Of a DNA stretch of 64,000 bases, positions 40,300 through 51,979 are shown in pieces; position 1 is the first letter of the stretch, and every line of letters starts with the position of its first letter. Position numbers and translations under genes: made by a program. Origin of the DNA: Eledone cirrhosa (taxonomy: Eukaryota). The notes beneath the pieces are model-generated. The model had not been told where the DNA came from. It ran no database searches and saw only the letters and a program-made list of their open reading frames with translations. Location of the stretch: assembly GCA_964016885.1 (NCBI GenBank), contig OZ024742.1, positions 2,480,001 to 2,544,000 on the forward strand, read 5' to 3'.

Positions 40300-40360
<61 letters not shown>

Positions 40361-40528
40361 GACGTTAACAAAAATCGTTTATTAAAGTTCAGAGATTCGG
40401 ATAAATGTATATATTCTAGCGAGGCAACAGTCGTGAGATTTCGAGAATGAATTATTCGTCAAAGACAGTTGATATTTATATTTTGACCTGAAAAAAGATT
40501 TTATCCCGGTGAAAGACTTTTCTTTCTC

Positions 40529-40588
<60 letters not shown>

Positions 40589-40802
40589 GTTCCTCAGAGA
40601 AATAGCAACATAACCAGCAGCTGGACACATGGATGTATTGACGGAGTAAAACACACTTCAACAACATGTGTCCCTGTCTTTCCCACACCGATTCGGACTG
40701 CCTTAAGAGGTCACAGCCAATGATGGCTGTCATCGAAATATGTATAACAGTATATCTATAATTTATAATAAATGAAGCCAAATTTTACATATTCGACTTA
40801 AT

Positions 40803-40853
<51 letters not shown>

Positions 40854-40858
<5 letters not shown>

Positions 40859-43800
40859 CTTCAACATATTAATAAATATAGACATTCATGTGATCAAATA
40901 TATTATATTATACATATTTCAGAGCTACTGAGCTATTTCAACAGTACGTCCTCATCAGATAAAATAAGTTGATGCCTGACATACCTTGACTATGTTGATG
41001 GTTATAATTTAGTCATGGCAGTGATTAGTTATGACAAAACTCAATATTTATATACCTTAAGTTGAAATATGAAAACTTACATATAATACAGAGGGTGCGT
41101 ATGAGAATGTGTATAAAGATATATAAATAACTAATAATATATAATACATAAACTTATATAACTGTTAACAATTTATATAATAATAATATATGCATACCTC
41201 ATTTTTGTAGATAGTGGGAGTGAGAGATACAGATAGCAAATCATGAGGAAAGAGAGAAAAAGAAGGAGATTTGATCGTAGGAACAAGAGAAGGGAGAAAT
41301 GATCAAATGATAGAGAGAGGAAAATAAGTTTAATCGTATAAACAAAGGGAGGAAGATATGCATTGTAACATATAAATAGCGTATAATTAGATATTTTCAA
41401 ATCTTAAGTTAAATTAGAAATAGTCAATTAATCAAATGACATAAGATGTTAGACTATAAAATTTTAAAGGATTTATATTATTGTATTATATCAGAGTTCA
41501 AGCAAATGTAACGTGAAAGAGATAAATTTATGTTTATCATAACTCCAAAGGTAATCACAAGTATATTTAAAAGTATTATAAAATTAAGAATATAATCAAT
41601 ATATTAGTAAAAAAACATTAAAATTAAGATGTTATTAATAAGCCATAAAGCATTATAAATGTATTTAATAAGATATTATTAAACCAGATTTATCTAGATA
41701 TACACATTTGTATGATTTATATATAGACTATAAAGTTTAAGGTTTAAGATGATATTAGTCACTTATATATAGTATAATTACTGTTAAGAGTGTTATAAAT
41801 TTGATTCAACTCGATTTTGCTGTATTTAAATTTTACATCAATTTAAGTATAAAAAATTTTATCAACTTGGATCTAAGGAGACTTTTATACTATAAATGTA
41901 TAATCATATCCTCGTGAATCGTAAACAACCATTCAAAGTAATTGAACGGTTTACAAGTCTGAATACATTCGAGGTATCAAATATATAAGATATAAGATTT
42001 AGAAAATACAAAAACCAAAATTAAATGTATTTAAACAATCTAAAGATCATACGCACTCAACAAGAGATCAGGTTAACAATTTCAATCTTAAGGTAGAAAC
42101 CATTAATCTAATATTAATAATAGTATAAATAATAAAAGCATTACAAGAATTTTTAATCTGAGACAATATTGTTTCACGCTCAGAGTTATTAATAAACGTC
42201 AAAATCATTTCACATTTATTCAATGTTTTTTCCTGATTTTTTTGTGAAGCTTGGAATGTAGATGTAGCTTTGTGCAAGCAATTTGAGAATAATTCACATT
42301 TTTTGTTAATTAAGTTATCGTAATTAGTAATTATTAATAGGGTCTCCATATCGCAAAGATTGCAGTTAGGTGATACTGAGGAATATACGTAGACTTGGCT
42401 ATTACAAAGTTTTGATCAAAATATTGAGTACTCCAAATTTTTGTCTTTTAAGGACCATATAAGTTGTGATAAAGAGGTGGAGAATTTCTTATCCGGATTC
42501 GAAAAATAGTGTTTGGGATTCGAATATTTATTCATTGCAAAAATAAATAGTAGAATTCTTAATCATAACCAACAAACAATTAGGGATAATGGCAATATTA
42601 ACATTAGCAAAATATATTGATAGTGTGAATAACAATAGCATTAACTTAAGCAATCACAACAGAACACCTCCAACTATTAGCAATGATAACGTGTACAGTT
42701 TAAATTATAGTAATAACAGTAAATCGAAATGTAACTGTAGAAATAGATCGAATTGCCCTCTGCAAAATAATTGTCTTGATAAGAAGCTAGTTTATAAATG
42801 TACCGTTAAAGCAAATAACATCACCTACAATTATATAGGTGCAACTTCATCGAGCTTTAAATTAAGATATTCGAATCACAAACACTCTTTTTCGAATCCG
42901 GATAAGAAATTCTCCACCTCTTTATCACAACTTATATGGTCCTTAAAAGACAAACATTTAGAGTACTCAATATTTTGATCAAAACTTTGTAATAGCCAAG
43001 TCTACGTATATTCCTCAGTATCACCTAACTGCAATCTTTGCGATATGGAGACCCTATTAATAATTACTAATTACGATAACTTAATTAAGAAAAAAAGTGA
43101 ATTATTCTCAAATTGCTTGCACAAAGCTACATCTACATTCCAAGCTTCACAAAAAAATCAGGAAAAAACATTGAATAAATGTGAAATGATTTTGACGTTT
43201 ATTAATAACTCTGAGCGTGAAACAATATTGTCTCAGATTAAAAATTCTTGTAATGCTTTTATTATTTATACTATTATTAATATTAGATTAAGGGTTTCTA
43301 CCTTAAGATTGAAATTGTTAACCTGATCTCTTGTTGAGTACGTATGATCTTTAGATTGTTTAAATACATTTAATTTTGGTTTTTGTATTTTCTAAATCTT
43401 AAATCTTATATATTGATACCTCGAATGTATTCAGACTTGTAAACCGTTCAATTACTTTGAATGGTTGTTTACGATTCACGAGGATATGATTATACATTTA
43501 TAGTATAAAAGTCTCCTTAGATCCAAGTTGATAAATTTTTTTATACTTAAATTGATGTAAAATTTAAATACAGCAAAATCGAGTTGAATCAAATTTATAA
43601 CACTCTTAACAGTAATTATACTATATATAAGTGACTAATATCATCTTCAACCTTAAACTTTATAGTCTATATATAAATTATACAAATGTGTATATCTAGA
43701 TAAATCTGGTTTAATAATATCTTATTAAATACATTTATAATGCTTTATGGCTTATTAATAACATCTTAATTTTAATGTTTTTTTTACTAATATATTGATT

Positions 43801-44640
43801 ATATTCTTAATTTTATAATACTTTTAAATATACTTGTGATTACCTTTGGAGTTATGATAAACATAAATTTATCTCTTTCACGTTACATTTGCTTGAACTC
43901 TGATATAATACAATAATATAAATCCTTTAAAATTTTATAGTCTAAAATCTTATGTCATTTGATTAATTGACTATTTCTAATTTAACTTAAGATCTGAAAA
44001 TATCTAATTATACGCTATTTATATGTTACAATGCATATCTTCCTCCCTTTGTTTATACGATTAAACTTATTTTCCTCTCTCTATCACTTGATCATTTCTC
44101 CCTTCTCTTGTTCCTACGATCAAATCTCCTTCTTTTTCTCTCTTTCCTCATGATTTGCTATCTGTATCTCTCACTTCCACTATCTACAAAAATGAGGTAT
44201 GCATATATTATTATTATATAAATTTTTAACAGTTATATAAGTTTATATATTATATATTATTAGTTATTTATATATCTTTATACACATTCTCATACGCACT
44301 CTCTGTATTATATGTAATTTTTTATATTTCAAATTAAGTTATATAAATATTCAGTTTAGTCATAACTAATCACTGCCATGACTAAATTATAACCATCAGC
44401 ATAGTCAAGGTATGTCAGGCATCAACTTATTTTATCTGATGGGGACGTACTGTTGAAATAGCTCAGTACCTCTGAAATATGTATAATAAAATATATTTGA
44501 TCACATGAATGTCTATATTTATTAATATTTTGAAGTAATATTAATAACTCCAGAAAACCTTTTTGTACAGTGCTTCTAATCTATTGTGAAACTTTATTCA
44601 TTGATGAATTCATTGAACCTTGTTAAACTTTTAACCAGTT
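40854..44640 (+). mobile_element. Penelope-like 3' fragment (GIY-YIG plus UTR) duplicated as a 3.7-kb palindrome
   Basis: 40854-42527 is inverted at 42867-44540; CNCRNRSNCPLQNNC..VYKC..YNYIGAT; HHRs at 40901-40966 (-, CTGATGA) and 44428-44493 (+, CTGATGG). Confidence 0.92.
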
Positions 44641-47600
44641 AAAATTTAAAGTGCTCAACATTTAAGGAGCTATTTATAAGCAGAAGGGATTTTCAATTTG
44701 TTGGTAATTCAACAAATATAAATATAAATTGAAATATCTGACTTTTTTTCTCTTCCCTTCACTATCCGGGGATAACTTGAACCGTTAAGGTATATTATCC
44801 TTGGTTATGTCAAATATTTATAAAACATTCTGTATTTTATCTGATGATAGCGTACCAAAATCTTGGTACCCTTGAAATATATATAATAGAATAAATATGG
44901 TTTTATTAATATAGTTTTCATTTATTTAATATCATTGCATATTATACTCCAGAAAATCTGTTGGGTGCTCTGAATCAGTTATAAACATTTATATTTGTTG
45001 AATTACCAACAAATTGAATATCCCTTCTGCTTATAAATAGCTCCTTAAATGTTGAGCACTTTAAATTATTACTGATTGCATAAAAATGGAATTCTTTAGG
45101 ATTTCTTCTTCTCTAAAAGATGTACCTTTACCTAAAAATAAGGAATATCTAAAACAACTCATTGAGAAATCTGACTCCTTTATACGAAGACTTAGATGGC
45201 ATGCCTTCCATTTTGATAGAAAATCGGATGACAAAATAAATAACTTTGATCATATCTTCAAATCTAAGAAGAATCCACCTAGCAACAAACTACTAGCTGA
45301 ATTTGAAAATGAAGTAATATCTATTATAAAAAATATTAAATGAAAAAAAACCCAAGTTATAGGCCAGGAGTAACTCAAAGGCCTCAAGAATAAAATAGAC
45401 AATCTTGAAAAAACTAAGAGAATCATCGTAAAATCTGATAAAACTAATAATTTATATGGGATGGAAAAGGAAGAATATAATAACCTTATATTGAAAGAAC
45501 TCAGAAAAAAATACAAAATAACTTCAAACGAAGATATGTCAACGTTAATAGAGAAGCTTCTGAAATCATTTACAAATTAGTCATCCAAAATAGGACTGAA
45601 CCCTTTATACCTAGAAAACCGAAAATTTACCCGAAGGACAATAAAAGAAATTTTGAAATTGAACTACCAGTCAGACTCATCGCACCAACTAAATCGGACT
45701 TAAGCATAATTAGCAAACATATATTAGATATAATTATACCACTACTTAAAGTTAAATCACACCTTAAACTATGGAACGGTACTAATTAAGTTATAGATTG
45801 GTTCAATAACATAGAATTAAAACATAACAAAAATCTCATTCAAATAAGGCACTTATATACGCGTCTAAACATACAGACTTATCTAGTGATGAAATGAATA
45901 TAATTCTAACAGTACGTAAAACAATAATATAATTTAATAATCATCTCTGGACAAGAGCCGACAGAAAAAACAATTTTGATATCACTATGGGATCATCTGA
46001 CTCGGCGCAACTTACAGACCTCGTTGGATTATTTATTAATAATGTACTACATAGGAAAATGCCAGAGATGACCGGAGGTTTATATCGTGATGATATGTTG
46101 CTTTTAATTGAAAACCATAGCAATAGTGATATTAATAGGAAAAGAAAATCCATAATACAATTTTTCAATAACTACAATCTTAAGTTAGAAATAGAGAATA
46201 ACTACAAAATCATTAACTTCTTAGATGTAACTTTAAACCTTAGCACATGTCTTTACTATCCTTTTCATAAAATTAATGAAAATTTAATTTTGTAAGTTTC
46301 AATTCTAATTATCCTAGAAGTATTAAAAACACTATTATCAATAGCGTCCAACAACGCATTTCACGCATCTCTACTAATAAAAATATTTTTGATGATAAGG
46401 CTGAATATTATAATCGTTTCTACTTTTGGCACAATGCCAGCAATTACACAGTGCATTACTGGTACTTTATTTTATCGACCCCGTAAGGATGAAAGGCAAA
46501 GTTAACCTCGTCGGGATTTGAACTCAGAATGGCAAGGGCCGTCACTCTATGCGTCAAAGCATGGGGTCCGACCCTCTACCGATACTGTCAATCTACCGCC
46601 AATATTGGCTGAATATTATAATGAAGCTTTACATAGAGCAGGATACTCAAATAGAATTAAATACATAGATAACAATAACATGATATATCATCCTAGTATT
46701 AACTTAGACACTAACCCCCCCCCCAAAGAACTAGAAATATTATTTGGTACTCTCCCCCATTCTCATTAGGCGTTAAAACACCTGTAGCAAAGCTATTCTT
46801 TAAAGCACTAGATAAATGTTTTCCTAAAACCCACAGATACCACTCTATTTTTAACAGACACACTATAAAATTATCCTACTCTACTACTATGAACATAGCA
46901 CAAAATATAAATAGAATTAATAATAGAAACTTAAATTTAAACCCTAACCAAACTAACCAAAATAGCAATAATAATATTTCTAACAACAATACTCAGAATA
47001 ATGGTACCGTTCTGAACAACAATAACTCTAGTAATTGTAACTGTAGAATCAAATCAAACTGCCCTTTACAAAATAATTGTTTAGACAAAAACAGTTTATA
47101 AATGCTCAGTTAAAACTAGCGACAAAATATTTAACTATGTTGGTGCCACTTCAACAAAATTTAAAGAACGCTGGAATAACCACAATCATACACTTAGGAG
47201 ATATGATAAAAAATCTCCTACTTCACTTTCACATCTTATATGGGATTTAAAAGACAATAATATAGAATATTCAATATCTTGGAGAAAGATTTTGAAGCAC
47301 CTGCATACCGAAATACGGCTTTATCAAGATTCTGTAAATTGTGTATCGAAGAAATTTTTTATATAATTAACTGCCAAAACTCTATTAATCTCAGAACAGA
47401 ATTATTTTCTTCTTGCAAACATCGCCAAAATTCCACGTTCAGAACTATTTTAAATTTATAATATCCCTATTATAATATTCAAAATGATCCTATTTTCTTA
47501 AAACAATTTAAATGTAAATTTTTAAATAATTTTTATATTTTTTTAATATTTTTAAATATTTTAAAATATTTTTAATATTTTTAATATTTCAGAAATCTGT

Positions 47601-48640
47601 TATATCTCTAATATTTATAATATTTTAATATATATATTTAATATTTTAATTTCCTACATTATTTTAATTCTGACATTATTTTTAATTCCGACATTCTTTT
47701 TGTAAGGACACCCCTATAAATATATTTTAGATGTAGATTGATAATCTTTAAATGACGTTCTGAAAATTTATCCTCTTTAAGAAAGTTCTTCGAAAAACAC
47801 ATTACATTTTTCCTCTCTCTTTTTGTTATCCAAACATTCACACATCTTTCGACTAAAATAATGGATCTCACACAAAATAATATAACAATTTTTTTCTCTA
47901 ATTTAATGGTTAACAAACAAAATTGGAGTTATCTTTCCTTTCTCAATCGTTGCAAACATAAACATTCTTCTCAATCGTGCAAACATAACCATGTTTGATA
48001 ATCTATATAGCTTCGTTAAATTAACAATATTCTGAAACATTCTCAATGTTGAACAACATTTTTGAATCCTCAAATTATTCTACTCTCACAACTTGAACCA
48101 CCTATTTTTTAAGTAAAAAACAAATACAACGTCCTTCGTAACTCATATTTGATATATAAACAATTAATACATACGCAAGTTATTAATATATATATATAGA
48201 TATTTATATACATATAACCTATCCTAATGTAATAAGATAAACATACTTACAACCATAATTCTTCATATAATCTAATTGATTATATATACAATATTATAAC
48301 TCATAATATAGGTAAACAAACCTTTTCCCCCAAATTAACGTCTCTTCTTTCCTACCCATACAATAACTTATCATAATTATTTAAATTTTCCATTGCGTCT
48401 AAAATAACGTTTTTTCAGCCCTTTTACATAAACCCCATTTGAAATATCTGACTTATTTTTCTCTTCCCTTCACTATCCAGGGATAACTTGAACCGTTAAG
48501 GTATATTATCCTTGGTTATGTCAAATATTTATAAAACATTTTGTATTTTATCTGATGATAGCGTACCAAAATTTTGGTACCCTTGAAATATAATAGAATA
48601 AATATGGTTTTATGAATATAGTTTCCATTTATTTAATATC
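44640..48640 (+). mobile_element. Full-length, decayed Penelope-like element with direct pLTRs and a 5' inverted segment
   Basis: Direct repeats ~44729-44933 and ~48439-48640, each with an HHR (44833-44893, 48544-48600); 44643-44722 is inverted at ~44987-45067; broken ORF 45086-47461 with MGSSDSAQLTDLVG, YRDDML, CNCRIKSNCPL, NYVGAT. Confidence 0.92.
46415..46606 (-). mobile_element. tRNA-derived SINE inserted in the PLE ORF with a 16-bp TSD
   Basis: GGCTGAATATTATAAT at 46399-46414 and 46607-46622 flanks a reverse-oriented SINE. Confidence 0.9.
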
Positions 48641-48649
48641 ATATATATA

Positions 48650-48858
48650 TTAGAATGTGAGGTTTTTTTTACAAAATGAAAAATAACCGAGGTGTCCTAC
48701 ACGAGTGAAAGTATAAAGTAAAAAAGAAGAAATCGAAAATGCAACGAGTCTTATTTAAAAAAATATATATATATTTATTTGGTTCCATTACCGGTTTCGC
48801 AGTTCTTCTGCTTTTCAAAAGTAGAGTTGAGATGGAGGGTCTGTGGTTTTTCTCACAT
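48650..48858 (-). mobile_element. Family E copy 3 with an intact U3-A8 HHR core
   Basis: Minus strand TTGAAAA-GCAG-AAGAA-CTGC-GAAA-CCGG-TA at 48786-48821. Confidence 0.8.
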
Positions 48859-49655
48859 TATATATATATATAAATATCTATGTGGGGTGAACTAACGTGA
48901 AAATCTTAGATAGTGTTTTTCTTTAGAAATTTGGTAACAAAAGGGTTAAACATCAACCACATTGATCCCACCAAATATATCATAAACAGTGTATCTCTTT
49001 CTCAGACTAACTAATAAAATATATTTTTTTAAATATATAACCATTTTCCAAGTCATTCTTTTCACAATTTTACATAAAGAGGTCAGTGAATGAATAAAAC
49101 TAGCTGTTTTCCAACCATACTGTTGTCAGCCTAACATGGCAGAAATGTTTGTTATATTTAATATTATCATTATTTGTAGTAGTAATATTTTGTTTTTGGT
49201 TTATGGATACCAATATTAGTACATTTTAAAATTATTTATCAATATTTTGATAGAAACATGTTTTTATTCTGCCTGTTAAGTATTCGGGTTTAAACCTAGA
49301 GAGATATTTGTCTGTCTTATTAGACAGGTAGAATGAGGTAAGCTTTGTTATGTTATATTACAGAGGTTGGAGAGTGTAGTTGTAATAATTATAAAGTCTC
49401 CACCAATCAATAATTTAACCTTGGCAGTATTGAGCTACAACATTCTGATTAAAGAATAGGAAAGCGAGAAAATTCTCTTTAACCATTTTGATACCAAATT
49501 GCCTGAACAAGCCCTTGGCGCTGTTATACAAAACTGTTTATTTTTTAAGTGCTTATATTTATCTTAAAATGTTCCATCATAATTTTAAGTAAGAACATTT
49601 AAGTTATGTTCCAAACACCAGCGCAATAATGAGAAAGTTAATTATATTATTCATT

Positions 49656-49826
49656 CTCGGCCGTGATCCCGATAGCGGGCGGGGGTGGGCCCCATAAGGC
49701 GGGCCCGGCTCCGTGCAGTCGTTGCAGGCCGATTCGTTGCCTCCGCGATCCGGGCTGGGCCCCGCTTTCTCAAAGCGCGGAGTTGACGCCGCCCGCAAGC
49801 CCGGTGTCAGGTCCGTGCGGCGGCCG
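49656..49826. other. Unassigned GC-rich structured island
   Basis: ~73% GC by hand count in an AT-rich context; several nested inverted repeats. Confidence 0.5.
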
Positions 49827-49903
49827 TATATACATATATATATCGTGAATCTAATATAACTGCTAAAAATTGCCTTGTGTGTTTTATTTGTTTCATTTAT
49901 TAA

Positions 49904-49984
<81 letters not shown>

Positions 49985-50970
49985 AATTACACAATAATCA
50001 AAGCTATGTTCAAATCATTTTTTATTGCTGACAATCGTTTCTTCCAAACTATCGTTTGGTATCATAGGAGCACTAGCAATGTTTGTACATATAATTAACC
50101 TCTTATTCAACTGAATAATCATATAGATACATGGATATTAATGTTGTCAACAACAGTTTCGTATTTACAGAGTGGAATGGATGCGACATAGATTTCAAGA
50201 GAATTGTACAATAATTAAAATTAAAAATTAAAAATTAAAAAGGCACATAGTGGAATGCATGCGACAGAGATTACAAGGGAGTAGTATAACAATTAAAGAG
50301 GCATTAAGGTAGAAAGTTACTCGTAAAACGAGGAGACTAGCAGTATATATGCTAGCGTATAGAGAGTGCAAATGTATTAGGCATATACAGGAAGGAAACA
50401 AGCAATGGTACTAGGCATATATAATTTCTGCAAGGCAAAAGTATCACATAAAACAACATATATTTACAAGCAGGCAAAGCTGTTTTTGTATTAAAATTAA
50501 GGGTTTATGGTGGATGTAGTGTGACGGTTGTTTCTGTAATGTTCAAATGTATATGTGCTGAGAGTATCAATGTTATTGCTATCTTTTCCATCATATTGGC
50601 TATGTTGTATTTTAGTGAATGTTTTTAATCAGTCACAGCCATGGATTGTATACCGGTCCTATTATATTGCTATCCGGGGTTCGAGTTGCTGTGGAGTGAT
50701 TTTACTAACGGTTTAATTTCCGGAAGTGAGTTTGATCTATATTAAGAGGAGCTAATACGAAAGGGGAGGTAACTAGCGATTACATTGTAAATGATATAAG
50801 AATCTAGAAAAATGTAAAGTTGTTTACACCTCCAATTAGTTAAATTCTTTGTGTTGATATACATTATATTGTGTTATCAGTTAATACCTTTTATATAATG
50901 CTGTTTGTTTATATTTAATTTTAAATACAATTAAGTATGTTTTGAAACAGTGAGCAGGTTTGAAATTAGA

Positions 50971-51176
50971 AAATAGAATAGCTTTCACCGTATTTTTGAC
51001 TAAAGAAATGTTAGTCTAAATAATGGAGTTTAGAACCCTCAGATAAATGGAAAAAGATAAGTATTGATGTACATGTACGTCAATACTCATCTTTTTCCAT
51101 TTATCTGAGGGTTCTAAACCCCGTTATTTAGACTAACATTTCTTTAGTAAAAAATACGGTGAAAGCTATTCTATTT
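50971..51176. repeat. Spacer-less ~206-bp palindrome
   Basis: Arms are symmetric around GTACA|TGTAC (51073/51074) with few mismatches. Confidence 0.9.
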
Positions 51177-51229
51177 TTAAATACAACCTATTTTCCTATA
51201 ATACATTAAAGGTCTCATTATATTGTTAT

Positions 51230-51312
51230 CTATCCTTACGGGGTCGATAAAATAAAGTACCAGTAATACACTGGGATAATTGCTGGCTCTGTGCCAAAAG
51301 TAGAAACAATTA
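51230..51312 (+). mobile_element. SINE 3' fragment
   Basis: ATCCTTACGGGGTCGATAAAATAAAGTACCAG..TGTGCCAAAAGTAGAAACAAT. Confidence 0.8.
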
Positions 51313-51979
51313 TATTGTTATCTCTCCATTACTGACTAAAGTATAATAAAGCTATAGGAAAACATGTATAGTTGTTTACAGGTCCAATTAGTTAAATCTC
51401 ATCATATTATCTATCCATTACTGAATATAATATAAGCAAGCTATAGTGGTTATATTAAATGGTGTTTATTCCTAATAGTTATTGTATAGTATAAGGTTTG
51501 AGATAAATAGGAGTTAGGTAGAGTGATGAGCTGATCATAGAGTGTGATGCTGTGGGGGTACTTATATGCTGGAAAGACCTAGAGGTGAAATGTTAATGGT
51601 GTCAGCAATAAAATGATTTGAACAGTGCTTTGATTATTGTGTAATTTATATCCGGCTCTGTAAAACATCTCATGTATTTACATTGAGCTACTTTTCTTAC
51701 TGGTAATAAGGTAGTAATAAATTACTGACCATTCCTGTTTATAGTTGTATATAGTGTATACATAACTATAAATAATATTATATATATATATATCCCCTTA
51801 CCCAGCAGAAAAACCTACCTTAAACTGCTTATAGACGCTACTAATTCGTTTATACGGAGAGTCAGATGGAAGGCATACCACCTGGATAAGAACACCCGTA
51901 ACTTTCCTGAACCCAAAGAGAGGTATGGTTTCAAAACATACCGAAACCCACCGCACAACACCTTACTGGACTCCTTCGA

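Larger units (their letters stand above)
39304..40310 (-). repeat. Tandem array of ~2.2 units of 456 bp, each full unit with a minimal hammerhead (non-LTR retrozyme-like)
   Basis: ATAAATGGAATAGAATGAAACG recurs at 39304, 39760 and 40216; HHRs at 39598-39640 and 40053-40097. Confidence 0.85.
49979..51651. mobile_element. Old element bounded by ~52-bp inverted repeats, possibly a degenerate PLE
   Basis: 49979-50032 is inverted at 51600-51651; degenerate HHR-like hairpin CCAAAC-GATA-GTTTGG..GAAAC on the minus strand near 50035-50070. Confidence 0.4.

Noticed and set aside
48930-49520. TTAA-flanked piggyBac-like ends (..AAAAGGG|TTAA at ~48945 and TTAA|CCATTTTGATACC at ~49483)
   Set aside because: The ends face away from each other and no partner termini were found, so no element can be delimited
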